Assembly: GCA_944391805.1 (NCBI GenBank)
Contig: CALXUY010000081.1
Span: 5,914-69,913, forward strand
DNA: 64,000 nucleotides
Direction: 5' to 3'
DNA from: an uncultured Clostridia bacterium
Lineage (GTDB): Bacteria > Bacillota > Clostridia > Oscillospirales > CAG-272
Position numbers and translations under genes: made by a program. The notes beneath the pieces are model-generated. The model had not been told where the DNA came from, did not search any database, and saw only the letters and a program-made list of their open reading frames with translations. Positions 37,045 to 47,385 of this stretch are shown in pieces (the stretch's first letter is position 1; each line of letters opens with the position of its first letter).

Positions 37045-38819
37045 GCAAGACAGGAAAGAAAAAACAGTTCAGTGCCTCCACCGTCCGCCGGGTGCTCCGT
37101 CTGCTCAGCGCCTATCGCGGGCTGCTGACGCTCTCGCTGATCTGTGCGGCGGTCTGCTCGCTGCTGAATCTGGCCATTCCGCTGCTGGTCGGCAACGCAA
37201 TCGACCGGATGATCGGTCCGGGGAACGTGGATTGGCGAGGGGTTGTGCGCATCGCCCTGACCATCGGCGGCTGCACGCTGGCGGCCGCGCTGGCACAGTG
37301 GCTGATGAACGTGCTGAACAACCGCATGACCTTCGGTCTGGTCTACCGGCTGCGGCGGGACGCCTTCCGCCATCTGCAAAAGCTCCCTCTCTCCTATCTG
37401 GATTCCCACTCGGTGGGAGACGTGGTCAGCCGCATGATGACCGACGTCGATCAGTTCACCGACGGTCTGCTGCTCGGCTTCAACCAGTTTTTCACCGGCG
37501 TGCTGACCATCGCGGGCACGCTGGTCATCATGCTCACGATCAAGCCTGCCATCGCGCTGGTGGTCATTCTCATCACCCCGCTCTCGCTGTTTGCGGCATC
37601 CTTTATCGCCAAACGGACCTATGCCATGTTCCGCAGACAGTCCGAAACCCGTGCCGAGCAGACCGCCATGGTGGACGAATATATCGGCAATCACAAGGTG
37701 GTTGCCGCCTTCGGGCAGGAGGACGGGGCACAGGCGCAGTTTGACGAGATCAACAACCGCCTCACCCACTGCTCGCTGCGCGCCACCTTTTATTCCTCCA
37801 TCACCAACCCGGTCACCCGCTTTGTCAACAATCTGGTCTATGCCGGCGTGGCGGTGACCGGCGCGCTGCTCTGCATTCCGGTGGGCGGCACCGCCTCCTT
37901 TACCGTGGGGCGCCTGACCAGCTTTCTCTCCTATGCCAATCAGTACACCAAGCCCTTCAACGAAATTTCCGGCGTTCTGGCCGAGCTTCAGAATGCGCTG
38001 GCCTGCGCCGCGCGCCTGTTTGAGATTCTCGACGAGCCGACCGTCCCGCCCGACACGCCCGACGCGCGGGTACTGGAGCGGGCCGACGGGAATGTGGCGC
38101 TGCGGGAGGTGGCCTTCTCCTACTCGCCCGACCGCGAGCTGATCCGTGGCCTGAACCTGACCGTGCGGCCGGGTCAGCGGGTGGCAATCGTCGGTCCCAC
38201 CGGCTGCGGGAAAACCACCGTGATCAATCTGCTGATGCGGTTCTACGATGTGAACGGCGGCTCGATTGCCGTCAGCGGCACCGACATCCGCGGGATTACC
38301 CGGAACAGCCTGCGCGCCAACTGGGGGATGGTTTTGCAGGAAACCTGGCTCCGAGCCGCCACCGTGCGCGAAAACCTGTGCATGGGCAAGCCGGACGCGA
38401 CCGATGAGGAGATGATTGCGGCGGCCAAGGCTGCGCACGCGCACACCTTTATCTGCCGGCTGCCGCAGGGCTACGATACCGTGCTGGGTGAGGGCGGCGG
38501 CTCGCTCTCGCAGGGGCAGAAGCAGCTTCTCTGCATTGCCCGCGTGATGCTCTGCCCTCCCCCGATGCTGATTCTGGACGAAGCAACCTCCTCGATCGAC
38601 ACGCGCATGGAGCTCAAAATTCAAAACGCCTTTGCCAAGCTCATGCAGGGGCGTACCTGCTTCCTTGTGGCGCACCGGCTCTCCACCATCGAGTCGGCCG
38701 ATGTGATTCTGGTCATGAAGGACGGGCAGGTGGTGGAACAGGGCAAGCATGCGGAGCTGCTCGCAAGGAAAGGCTTTTACCATCACCTTTACAACAGTCA
38801 GTTTGACCCCGCGGAATAG
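37041..38819 (+). CDS. ABC exporter, fused permease-ATPase (subunit 2 of a heterodimeric pair)
   Basis: 592 aa. Nucleotide-binding domain motifs GPTGCGKTT, LSQGQKQL and ILDEATSSID. It is translationally coupled to the upstream half transporter. Confidence 0.9.
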   Translation: MSKTGKKKQFSASTVRRVLRLLSAYRGLLTLSLICAAVCSLLNLAIPLLVGNAIDRMIGPGNVDWRGVVRIALTIGGCTLAAALAQWLMNVLNNRMTFGLVYRLRRDAFRHLQKLPLSYLDSHSVGDVVSRMMTDVDQFTDGLLLGFNQFFTGVLTIAGTLVIMLTIKPAIALVVILITPLSLFAASFIAKRTYAMFRRQSETRAEQTAMVDEYIGNHKVVAAFGQEDGAQAQFDEINNRLTHCSLRATFYSSITNPVTRFVNNLVYAGVAVTGALLCIPVGGTASFTVGRLTSFLSYANQYTKPFNEISGVLAELQNALACAARLFEILDEPTVPPDTPDARVLERADGNVALREVAFSYSPDRELIRGLNLTVRPGQRVAIVGPTGCGKTTVINLLMRFYDVNGGSIAVSGTDIRGITRNSLRANWGMVLQETWLRAATVRENLCMGKPDATDEEMIAAAKAAHAHTFICRLPQGYDTVLGEGGGSLSQGQKQLLCIARVMLCPPPMLILDEATSSIDTRMELKIQNAFAKLMQGRTCFLVAHRLSTIESADVILVMKDGQVVEQGKHAELLARKGFYHHLYNSQFDPAE

Positions 38820-39001
38820 TATTGACCGGAGTTGATAAATATTTTGAAAAATTCCGGCTCCCATTCACATGAAATTCAAAGTGTAGTGTTAAAATGTATG
38901 AGTATGATGCGTTCTGATTTTGCCGGATGCCCCCGCCGGGCACCTGCAGTCGATTTGAAACGGCGTGCGCGGCCGCGCCGATTGGTCTAAGGAGGTTACC
39001 A

Positions 39002-42000
39002 TTGCTTTCACTCAAAAACATCATCAAAGAATATCCGACCGGGGATACCACGGTACGGGCACTGGACGGGATTTCGCTGGACTTCCGGGAGCATGAATTT
39101 GTCTCGATTCTCGGCCCGTCCGGATGCGGCAAAACCACTATGCTCAATATCATCGGCGGTCTGGATCAGTACACCAGCGGAGACCTGATCATCAACGGCA
39201 TTTCCACCAAAAAATTCAGCGACGCCGACTGGGACACCTACCGCAACCACTCGATCGGCTTTGTGTTTCAGAGCTACAATCTGATTCCCCATCAGACGGT
39301 TCTGGCCAATGTGGAGCTGGCGCTCACACTATCCGGCGTCTCTCGTGCCGAGCGCCGCCGGCGGGCTGTGGAGGCTTTGAAAACCGTTGGGCTGGGCAGC
39401 CAGCTCCGCAAAAAGCCGAACCAGATGTCGGGCGGCCAGATGCAGCGCGTTGCCATTGCGCGGGCGCTGGTCAACGACCCGGACATTCTGCTGGCGGACG
39501 AGCCGACCGGCGCGCTGGATACCCAGACCAGTATTCAGATCATGGACATTCTGCGCAGCATCTCCGAGAAGAAGCTGATTATCATGGTCACGCACAATCC
39601 CGAGCTGGCGCAGCGCTACTCCAGCCGCATCATCCGGGTGGTCGACGGCCATGTCGTGGACGACAGCCGCCCGTATACAGCCGAGCCGGTGCACGCCGCC
39701 GCACCGCGGAAGAAGCCGAAGAAGGCGGCGAGCGCCAACCCGTTCCTGATTTCTCCGGAGGAAGCGAGAAAATGCCAGATCGGCGGGCTTGGGCGCAGGA
39801 AAAAAGCCTCGCAACTCGGCCGGAAGCGCTCGATGTCCTTCCTTACGGCGCTTTCGCTCTCGCTGAACAATCTGATGACCAAAAAGGGCCGTACCCTGAT
39901 GACCTCCTTTGCCGGCTCGATCGGCATTATCGGCATAGCGCTGATTCTGTCGGTTTCCTCCGGCGTCAACGGCTATATCAACACGGTGCAGCGGGAAACC
40001 CTCTCGAGCTACCCGATTCAGCTCGAGGCCGAGTCGGTGGACGTCACCGCGCTGGTCACCACCCTGATGAGCTCGCAAAGCGATGACGGCCATTCGCACG
40101 AGCTGGATAAGGTATATGAGAGCGCGATTCTGGCAGAGCTGATGAACGCAATGGGTTCCGCCAGCGCAAGCACCAACGATCTGGCCTCCTTTAAGAAATA
40201 TCTCGAATCAACCGACAAATTTGACCCCTACCTCTCGGCCGTTCAATACACCTACAACTTCAACTGGAGCGTGTTTGTACGCGAAGGCAACGAAATCGGC
40301 GAGGGTGAGGGCGCTGTGGTAAAATCCGACGTCATGGGCTGGCTGACGGGAATCAGCGGCTCCACATCCGACTCCCCCATGGGCAGCATGATGGGGGGCG
40401 GAGGCTTTGACGTGTGGCAGGAGCTGCTCTCGCCGATCAACGGTGAGGACGGCGAGCTGATCAACAGCCTGCTCAAAGACCAGTATGAGCTTGTGGACGA
40501 GGGGAGCAGATGGCCCGAAGCCGCCAACGAGGTTGTTCTGGTGGTAGACGAAAACAACGAAATCAGCGATCTTGCGCTGTTCGCGCTGGGGCTGCGCACC
40601 GAGGAGGAAATGAACGAAAGCCTGATGGCCGGCATGGGAGGCGAGCAGGTTGATCTTTCCAACCGCAAATCCTGGACCTATGACGAAATCCGGCAGATGG
40701 AATTCCGCCTGCTGCTGGCATCCGAGTGCTACGAGCTTCAGGAGGACGGCACCTATCTGGATCTGAGCACCACCGCGGCCGGCCGTGAAAAGCTGTACAC
40801 CGATGAGAACGTCGGTTTTACGCTGAAGGTGGTCGGCATCATCCGTCCCCGTGAGGACGCCACTGCAACCTCGCTCTCCGGCAACATCGGCTATACCTCG
40901 GCACTGGCAGAGGAGGCACTGGAGCGCACACTGAACAGTGCAATGCTCCTGCTGCAAAAGCAGAATCCGGACATTGACGTCATCACCGGCCTGCCATTCG
41001 AAACCAAAGAAGGGCTGACCGTCGAGCAGAAAAAGCAGGCGGTGCTGAATTATCTGGCTGCCCTTGAGGAGGCCGAGGCCAGAGCCTTCCTGTTCCCGGT
41101 GCTGGCTCCGACGCCTACCGAAGAGCAGCTCGCTCCTATGATCGCCTACCTTTCGGCTTTGCCGGACGATCAGCTCCGACAGATTCTGGAGCAGGCACTG
41201 GCTGAAACCGAAGGGCTCCCCGACGGCATTACCATCGACCAGATTCTGCAGAACAGCGAGATGAAGGCCGCGGTCATTCAAAGCATTGCAACGGCAAGCG
41301 TGCAGGCGCAGCTGTTTGAATCGCTGTACGGCGACAAAACCAACGATGAGCTGATCGCGCTGCTGACCGACGAGCAGTTTGAGACGCTCTATGACAGCGA
41401 TGAGGTGCCGAAGGAATTTTCACAGTCGACCTACGCAAAGAATCTCTCACTGCTCGGGGATGTTGACAAGGACAATCCCGCCACAATTTCTCTTTATTCC
41501 CCCAGCTTTGAGGATAAGGATATGGTAAGCACGCTGATTCAGGAGTACAACCAGACCGTGGATGAGGAACAGCAGATCTCCTACACCGATTATGTGGAGC
41601 TGCTGATGTCCTCCATCACCACCATCATCAACGCCATTTCCTATGTGCTCATCGCCTTTGTCGCCATCTCTCTGGTGGTTTCCTCGATTATGATCGGCAT
41701 CATCACCTATATCTCGGTGCTGGAGCGCACCAAGGAAATCGGTATCCTGCGCGCCATCGGCGCCTCCAAAAAGGATGTCGGGCGTGTGTTCAATGCCGAA
41801 ACGCTGATTGTCGGCTTTGTGGCAGGCATGATCGGCATTCTGGCAACCCTGCTGCTCAATCAGGTCATCAACATCATTCTGTTCCATTACACCGGAATTG
41901 TAGCGCTCAAAGCGGTACTGCCGGTGGGCGGCGCCATTATATTGGTTGCCATCAGTATGTTCCTGACCTTTATCGCAGGCTTGGTTCCCTCCGGCTTTGC

Positions 42001-42040
42001 GGCCAAGAAGAACCCAGTGGAGGCGTTGCGAACCGAATAA
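39002..42040 (+). CDS. MacB-like fused ABC ATPase plus FtsX-type permease with a very large extracytoplasmic domain
   Basis: The TTG start at 39002 lies 6 nt after the AAGGAGG SD. The N-terminal nucleotide-binding domain has [24 protein letters not shown] and LLADEPTG. One transmembrane helix lies near residue 300, followed by about 560 aa of acidic extracytoplasmic sequence. Three C-terminal transmembrane helices carry the FtsX signature ([16 protein letters not shown]). Confidence 0.85.
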   Translation: MLSLKNIIKEYPTGDTTVRALDGISLDFREHEFVSILGPSGCGKTTMLNIIGGLDQYTSGDLIINGISTKKFSDADWDTYRNHSIGFVFQSYNLIPHQTVLANVELALTLSGVSRAERRRRAVEALKTVGLGSQLRKKPNQMSGGQMQRVAIARALVNDPDILLADEPTGALDTQTSIQIMDILRSISEKKLIIMVTHNPELAQRYSSRIIRVVDGHVVDDSRPYTAEPVHAAAPRKKPKKAASANPFLISPEEARKCQIGGLGRRKKASQLGRKRSMSFLTALSLSLNNLMTKKGRTLMTSFAGSIGIIGIALILSVSSGVNGYINTVQRETLSSYPIQLEAESVDVTALVTTLMSSQSDDGHSHELDKVYESAILAELMNAMGSASASTNDLASFKKYLESTDKFDPYLSAVQYTYNFNWSVFVREGNEIGEGEGAVVKSDVMGWLTGISGSTSDSPMGSMMGGGGFDVWQELLSPINGEDGELINSLLKDQYELVDEGSRWPEAANEVVLVVDENNEISDLALFALGLRTEEEMNESLMAGMGGEQVDLSNRKSWTYDEIRQMEFRLLLASECYELQEDGTYLDLSTTAAGREKLYTDENVGFTLKVVGIIRPREDATATSLSGNIGYTSALAEEALERTLNSAMLLLQKQNPDIDVITGLPFETKEGLTVEQKKQAVLNYLAALEEAEARAFLFPVLAPTPTEEQLAPMIAYLSALPDDQLRQILEQALAETEGLPDGITIDQILQNSEMKAAVIQSIATASVQAQLFESLYGDKTNDELIALLTDEQFETLYDSDEVPKEFSQSTYAKNLSLLGDVDKDNPATISLYSPSFEDKDMVSTLIQEYNQTVDEEQQISYTDYVELLMSSITTIINAISYVLIAFVAISLVVSSIMIGIITYISVLERTKEIGILRAIGASKKDVGRVFNAETLIVGFVAGMIGILATLLLNQVINIILFHYTGIVALKAVLPVGGAIILVAISMFLTFIAGLVPSGFAAKKNPVEALRTE

Positions 42041-42107
42041 GCCATTTGCGGGGGGAGCTTTGCATCAGTCCCCCCTCTCCATCAAAGCCTTCCAGATAAA
42101 GAATATG

Positions 42108-42148
42108 AAAAAAGCAAGGTCCATGGATGCGTTGACCTTGCTTTTTTT
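42108..42148. terminator. Bidirectional intrinsic terminator
   Basis: AAAAAAGCAAGGTC pairs with GACCTTGCTTTTTTT. A-runs and T-runs on each side serve both convergent operons. Confidence 0.75.
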
Positions 42149-42166
42149 ATGATTGCCGGTACCGCT

Positions 42167-44329
42167 TCAGGCCGGCTCCTCCTCCATGCGGGACATTTCC
42201 CGCTGTGCCATAACCAACGAATAATAGATGCCCTTCCTTGCCATCAGCTCGTCATGTGTCCCCACCTCGGCAATTCTGCCCTGGTCCATCACCACCAGCC
42301 TTGTGGCATTGCGCAGCGTGGAAAGCCGGTGGGCAATGGCGATTGTTGTGCGTCCGCAGGTCAGCACCTTCAGCGCGTCCTGAATCAGCTTTTCGGTTTC
42401 GGTGTCCAGAGCCGATGTGGCCTCATCGAGAATCAGGATGCTGGGATTATGCAGCAGCGCGCGGGCAATGGCCACACGCTGGCGTTCCCCGCCCGAGAGC
42501 GAATGGCCGCGCTCCCCTACATAGGTCTGGTACCCGTCCGGCAAATTGATGATAAACTCATGCGCGCCTGCCATTTTTGCGGCCTGTATGACCTCCTCGC
42601 GGCTCGCATCCGGCTTGGCATACGTCAGGTTCTGCAGCACGGTTCCGGCAAACAGGAAGTTCTCCTGCAGCACTACGCCCATGCGGGAGCGCAGCAGACT
42701 CTGCGGAATATCCCGGATGTCGTTGCCGTCAATGCGGATGCTGCCGTCGGTCACATCATACATGCGCAGAATCAGGTTGATCAGCGTGGACTTCCCCACC
42801 CCGGATTTTCCGACCAGACCGATAAACTCACCCGGCTCGATCCGCAGCGAAACATCGTGCAGAATCTCCTCGGATTCGTCATAGGCAAACGAAACGTGAT
42901 CCAGCTCAATCCGCCCCTGCAGGTCGGCAACAGGCAGTGCGTCGGGGCGGTCGGTCACGTCAATCGGCTCATCCAGCAGCTCATAAACGCTATTGAGAGA
43001 GGTCATCATATGCAAAAACATCCGCGGTACCCGCAAAAGCGTGGCCAGCGGCGCGTAAATCATGCTGGAATAGGAGGAGATCTGTGACATCTCACCGGCA
43101 GTCATGCTGCCCTCAAGCATTTTGCTGCCCACGTAATACAGCAGCACATATTCGCCGATGCCCATCAGAAAATTGAGAATCGACATCAGCACCGCCCAGA
43201 TGCGCTCCTGGCGGAGCTGGGAGCGGCGTTCCTCGGCCGACACCGAAAGGAAGCGCTCTGCCTCCTTCTCCTCCATCCCGTAGGATTTCACCACGCGGAT
43301 GCCCGAAAAAATATCGTGCAGAATGGCATTGCCCCGGGCGTTGAGCGCGCGTACCCGACGGGAAAGCGTGCGCATGAACCGCCAGAACAGCCGGAATGCC
43401 AGCGTGATCAGGGGAGCGGGAACCAGCACCAGCAGCGCCAGACGCCAGTCGATCACAAACAGAACCACCGTCACAGCCACCAGAAGAATGCCCTGCTCGA
43501 GCAGATTCGGAAGCTGATTGATCAGAAACTGCTTGATGCGTGCGGTATCTCCGCTGACCCGCTTCATCAGCTCGCCCGAGGTCTGCCTGGAAATGCGCGC
43601 GATCGAAAGCTCCTGAATTTTGCGGAATACCAGATCCCGCAGGCGCACAATGAGCCGGTTGCCGGCAATGGTGAGAAAATACCCACGCGCCATGGAGATG
43701 AGCCGGCGCAGCAGGTTGAGCGCCAGAATGCTGAAGATCACCCCGAGAAAGCCGGCCAGAAAGGCGCCGGCCGCCTCGTTGCGGATGTAATCGTCCACCA
43801 GCACGCGGTTGATGTCTGGCAGCCAGAGGCCGATTACCGTGGTGAGCAGAAACAGCACCACGGTGACAGCCAGATACTTCCACTCGTGAGAGGCCAATCG
43901 GATCAGCCGCAGCAGTGCGCGTTTGCCCGAGGTACGCGGCGTCTGCGGTTTTGCCGAGGCTCTCCCGGCCGGCTCCTCCCTGCTGCGCAGCGCCCGGTTG
44001 GCCGCCCGCACAAATTCGGACGCCGCCCCCTGCATCCGGCAGTCTCCCCGCGCAAAGAGCACCGGCTCGCCATTCCGCCGGGTATATTCCACAAATACAC
44101 AGCCCACTCCCTTGCGGAAATGAAAAGCCTCGATCCGGTCTGCCGGCTCATTGACGGTCTGTGTTTCCCCCACCCACACGGTGAGCCGGTCGGCAAAAAG
44201 AAATGCCTGCGTCTCGGCCTGTGCCGCCGGATCGGTCGGGTGGAGATTGGTGGTCAACGCCGCAGCAACCGACGCCGGGTCGGCCTCCGGCTCCAGTCTG
44301 CGCAGGGCCTGTGCCTGTTTATCCGTCAC
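42167..44329 (-). CDS. ABC exporter (permease-ATPase) with an N-terminal cytoplasmic extension of about 140 aa; third gene of the ABC-DUF1854-ABC operon
   Basis: The GTG start lies after a GGGGGG SD, directly downstream of the DUF1854 stop. Nucleotide-binding domain motifs are GKSGVGKST, LSGGERQR and ILILDEATS. The N-terminal domain resembles that of the first ABC gene. Confidence 0.85.
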   Translation of the reverse strand: MTDKQAQALRRLEPEADPASVAAALTTNLHPTDPAAQAETQAFLFADRLTVWVGETQTVNEPADRIEAFHFRKGVGCVFVEYTRRNGEPVLFARGDCRMQGAASEFVRAANRALRSREEPAGRASAKPQTPRTSGKRALLRLIRLASHEWKYLAVTVVLFLLTTVIGLWLPDINRVLVDDYIRNEAAGAFLAGFLGVIFSILALNLLRRLISMARGYFLTIAGNRLIVRLRDLVFRKIQELSIARISRQTSGELMKRVSGDTARIKQFLINQLPNLLEQGILLVAVTVVLFVIDWRLALLVLVPAPLITLAFRLFWRFMRTLSRRVRALNARGNAILHDIFSGIRVVKSYGMEEKEAERFLSVSAEERRSQLRQERIWAVLMSILNFLMGIGEYVLLYYVGSKMLEGSMTAGEMSQISSYSSMIYAPLATLLRVPRMFLHMMTSLNSVYELLDEPIDVTDRPDALPVADLQGRIELDHVSFAYDESEEILHDVSLRIEPGEFIGLVGKSGVGKSTLINLILRMYDVTDGSIRIDGNDIRDIPQSLLRSRMGVVLQENFLFAGTVLQNLTYAKPDASREEVIQAAKMAGAHEFIINLPDGYQTYVGERGHSLSGGERQRVAIARALLHNPSILILDEATSALDTETEKLIQDALKVLTCGRTTIAIAHRLSTLRNATRLVVMDQGRIAEVGTHDELMARKGIYYSLVMAQREMSRMEEEPA

Positions 44330-44341
44330 TGCAATCCCCCC

Positions 44342-44923
44342 TCACAGGTAAAGCTCCAGCCTGCGCTGGCTTTTGGCATCCAGCTTGCTCACATCGGGAA
44401 TTTCAAACCGGTTGCCGTTGACGTCCGAAAACACAATGCGTCCCGCATCCACCCGCTGGATGCTCCGATAGGTGTCGTGCAGGGTAAACCGCACCTCCCC
44501 CTCCGGCGTCTGCACCTTCCAGTAGGAGAAGCCATACCGTTCCTTGACCGACAGGATGCGCAGAACCTCCGGCGCGTAATAGCGCCTGCGCAGCTCATTC
44601 TCGAGCAGCTCGCGGGTCTCCCCTGCAAACAGCCCGGTGCTGCGGATGATGCCAAGCTCGCGGTGCTCCTCATCCAGCACAGAGATGTACTCCCACAGGC
44701 AGTCAAACGGGAACTCCCTGCAGAGAATGACCCTTGTCTCCTTGCCGTCCAGTGTAAGCCACAGCAGGCCGTTCCGGCTTGAAAACACCGCGTTTTCAGG
44801 TGTAAGCCACACCGTTTTGGAAATTTCGTCGAGCGAGCGCGCGGGAGCTCCGTGCTTTTCCCCGTCTCTCTCCCGACTCTCCCGTCTTCCCGGCCCCGGC
44901 CGGCCATGCATAAAATCGTCCAT
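44342..44923 (-). CDS. DUF1854 domain protein (ABC-transporter-associated)
   Basis: The C-terminal 150 aa (VWLTPENAVFSSRNGLLWLTLDGKE...RYGFSYWKVQTPEGEVRFTL...DVNGNRFEIPDVSKLDAKSQRRLELYL) matches the DUF1854 pattern. The family is typically sandwiched between two ABC exporter genes. Confidence 0.8.
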   Translation of the reverse strand: MDDFMHGRPGPGRRESRERDGEKHGAPARSLDEISKTVWLTPENAVFSSRNGLLWLTLDGKETRVILCREFPFDCLWEYISVLDEEHRELGIIRSTGLFAGETRELLENELRRRYYAPEVLRILSVKERYGFSYWKVQTPEGEVRFTLHDTYRSIQRVDAGRIVFSDVNGNRFEIPDVSKLDAKSQRRLELYL

Positions 44924-44944
44924 TCGCTTCCCCGCCTTTCCCCA

Positions 44945-47179
44945 TCACTCCACAATGCCTGCGCTCCGCAGCGCCTCCATTTGCAGCGTGAACAGTTTTT
45001 TGTAAATCCCGTCCTCTTTTTGCAGCAGCTCCCGATGCGTTCCGCACTCGGCCACCCTGCCGTGCTCAATCACCACCAGCGCGTCGGCATCCCGCAGAGT
45101 GGAAAGCCTGTGCGCGATCATAATCGTGGTTTTCCCCTCGATGAGCCTGGCCAGCGCCTCCTGAATCCTGCGCTCGGTTCCGGTGTCCATCGCGGCGGTT
45201 GCCTCATCCAGAATCAGAATTTTGGGATTTTTGAGGATGGCGCGCGCAATTGAGAGGCGCTGCCGCTCTCCGCCCGAAAGATCCTGATAGCCAAAGCCGA
45301 TGCGGGTGTGATAAGCGTCCGGCAGCTTCATGATGAATTCATGCGCGCCGGCGCAGCGGGAGGCCTCAATCACCTCCTCATAACTCGCGTCGGGGCGGGC
45401 ATACCGGATGTTATCCAGAATGGTACCCATGAACAGGTAGGTTTCCTGCGAAACAATGGCGATGTTCTGATAGAGCGAGGAGAAGGCCAGCTCGCGCACC
45501 GGAATGCCCCCCACGCGGATCTCTCCCTCCTCCGCGTCGTAGAGCCGCATCAGGAGATTGGCCAGCGTGCTCTTTCCCGCGCCCGTATGCCCGACAATGC
45601 CCAGCACCCCTCCCTCGGGTACCGAAAAGCTGACATGGTCGATAACGCGCTTGCCCTTGATGTAGGAGAAGGACACGTTGTCAAATTCCACGCTGCCTCC
45701 GAGCACCTCCGGGCGAACCGGATGCTCCGGCTCACAGACGTCTGGCTGCGCGTCCATGATTTCAAACAGGCGCTGCATGGCGTTGGTGCAGTCGGCGCTG
45801 CGGTTCATCATATCCGAGAAAAAATGCAGCGGGGAGTAGATCATGCCCACGTAAGCGATAAAGGTCATCAGCATTCCGTATGTCAGCCCACCGTAGCCGG
45901 TGATGACCATCCAGCCGCCCACCGCCCACGAGATGATTGTGCCCAGATACAGCACCACGCCCGAGATATGCCCAGCATAGTTGTGAAACAGCGAGAGCTT
46001 TCGGTCGCTCTCGGCCAGTGTTTCGCTGCGGACGGTAAAGCGGTCGATCTCCTGCTGCTCCCGCGAAAAGGCCTTGACCACCCGCATCCCCGAGAGCACG
46101 TCGGAGAGCAGCGAGTTGAGCTGACGCGAGCCGGAAAAACGGCGGGCATGCAGCTTTTTCTCGTTGCGGTACACCCAGCGCATCATGAAGAAAAACACCG
46201 GAACCGTGATCAGGGTCAGCAGCGCCAAGAGGGGCTGAATCACCGCCATGAGCACCGTGAGCACAACGACCTGCACGATGTTGACGATCAGATACGGCAG
46301 CCCGTCGCAGAAGAACTCGTAAATGGTGTTGGCGTCCTCGTTGACCTGTGTCATCAGGCCGCCGGTCTGCCGCCCGGAAAAGAAGCTGAGCGACAGCCGC
46401 TCGATCGAATGGAAGATGGTTTTTTTCAGCTCATACACCATTTTGGCAGCCACCGACGAGGTAATCCAGTTGTTGACCATGGTCGCCAGCATTTTGAGCA
46501 GGCGGGTGGCGATCACAAGCCCCAGCACCAGCAGAATCTCTCCGTAAAACGGTCCGGCTCCGTCAATGACCTCGTCATAAAAGAAGCCCTTGGAGAAATA
46601 GGGGGTGAGAATGCTCATGGCGGTGAGCACCACCAGCGACACCAGAATCAGCACCAGGCTGACCTTGTATTTGGCAAAAAAGCCTGCCATACGGCGGAAC
46701 AGCTTTCCCTTTTCCATACAATGCGGGCAGATCCTTCGGTTGAGGTCGGGATACGGCATCCCGCATTTGGGGCAGCATTTGGAGGAGGGCAGATCCTTGG
46801 GATCCGGCTCGATCGGCTCCCCCTGCGCCAGCCTTTTGAGGTACTTGACAAACAGCAGAACCGATTCCTTGCAGAAATTGGTAAACGACGCCAAAAGAAC
46901 AGTATCCTCCCGGAAGCGTGCGAGCAGCCGCCCGGTGGAGCGCTGTTCCTCCACCGCGATGTTGCTCAGCTCCCGCAAAGGGTACTGTTCCAACGGACGC
47001 GACTCCCGATCCAGCACATAAAGGCTCTGAAGATCGGCGAGCAAAAAAACTTCCCCCGGCTCCTGCTCCCGGGTGCGGTCGCATCGTGCCGCCAGCTGCG
47101 GTGCGATGCCGGCTTCTTTGATTTTGTCGGTCACCCATGTAGGGATTCTGTCTATTTCCAGCATGAAGCTCCTCCGCAT
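44945..47179 (-). CDS. ABC exporter (permease-ATPase) with an N-terminal PH-like domain plus zinc-ribbon extension; first gene of the ABC-DUF1854-ABC operon
   Basis: The preferred start is MRRSF at 47179, 5 nt after a GGGAGG SD. Codons upstream of it in this frame are almost exclusively GAA/CAA/CCA (A-ending), unlike the rest of the gene. A zinc ribbon (CCPKCGMPYPDLNRRICPHCMEKG) lies before TM1. Nucleotide-binding domain motifs are GHTGAGKST, LSGGERQR and ILILDEATA. Confidence 0.8.
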   Translation of the reverse strand: MRRSFMLEIDRIPTWVTDKIKEAGIAPQLAARCDRTREQEPGEVFLLADLQSLYVLDRESRPLEQYPLRELSNIAVEEQRSTGRLLARFREDTVLLASFTNFCKESVLLFVKYLKRLAQGEPIEPDPKDLPSSKCCPKCGMPYPDLNRRICPHCMEKGKLFRRMAGFFAKYKVSLVLILVSLVVLTAMSILTPYFSKGFFYDEVIDGAGPFYGEILLVLGLVIATRLLKMLATMVNNWITSSVAAKMVYELKKTIFHSIERLSLSFFSGRQTGGLMTQVNEDANTIYEFFCDGLPYLIVNIVQVVVLTVLMAVIQPLLALLTLITVPVFFFMMRWVYRNEKKLHARRFSGSRQLNSLLSDVLSGMRVVKAFSREQQEIDRFTVRSETLAESDRKLSLFHNYAGHISGVVLYLGTIISWAVGGWMVITGYGGLTYGMLMTFIAYVGMIYSPLHFFSDMMNRSADCTNAMQRLFEIMDAQPDVCEPEHPVRPEVLGGSVEFDNVSFSYIKGKRVIDHVSFSVPEGGVLGIVGHTGAGKSTLANLLMRLYDAEEGEIRVGGIPVRELAFSSLYQNIAIVSQETYLFMGTILDNIRYARPDASYEEVIEASRCAGAHEFIMKLPDAYHTRIGFGYQDLSGGERQRLSIARAILKNPKILILDEATAAMDTGTERRIQEALARLIEGKTTIMIAHRLSTLRDADALVVIEHGRVAECGTHRELLQKEDGIYKKLFTLQMEALRSAGIVE

Positions 47180-47214
47180 ATGTACCTCCCGCCGAAACGG
47201 GAGCCGCCGGGCAA

Positions 47215-47385
47215 TCAGTCGCAGCGGTTTTTCTGGTTGTTGTTCTTGTTCTGGTTCTGGTTGTTCTGGTTCTGGTTGTTCTGGTTCTGATTGTTGTTCT
47301 GGTTTTGGTTCTGGTTGTTCTGGTTCTGGTTTTTGTTCTGATTGTTCTGGTTCTGGTTGTTGTTCTGATTCTGGTTGTTCTGCAT
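47215..47385 (-). CDS. Candidate 56 aa Asn/Gln-repeat small ORF (MQNNQNQNNNQ...KNRCD) upstream of the ABC operon
   Basis: The ATG at 47385 lies 9 nt after a strong AAGGAG SD (47400-47395). The frame uses CAG/AAC (G/C-ending) codons, as does the rest of the genome. It ends at the TGA at 47217-47215, 35 nt before the ABC start. It falls below the 60 aa cut-off of the ORF track. Confidence 0.35.
   Translation of the reverse strand: MQNNQNQNNNQNQNNQNKNQNQNNQNQNQNNNQNQNNQNQNNQNQNKNNNQKNRCD
47228..47380 (-). repeat. Hexanucleotide tandem repeat (AACCAG)n with variants, about 25 units
   Basis: The plus strand reads CTGGTT CTGGTT GTT CTGGTT... throughout. The repeat generates open frames on both strands (PEPEQ, NQ and TR frames; GSGCSG and LVLV on the plus strand). 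Confidence 0.85.
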
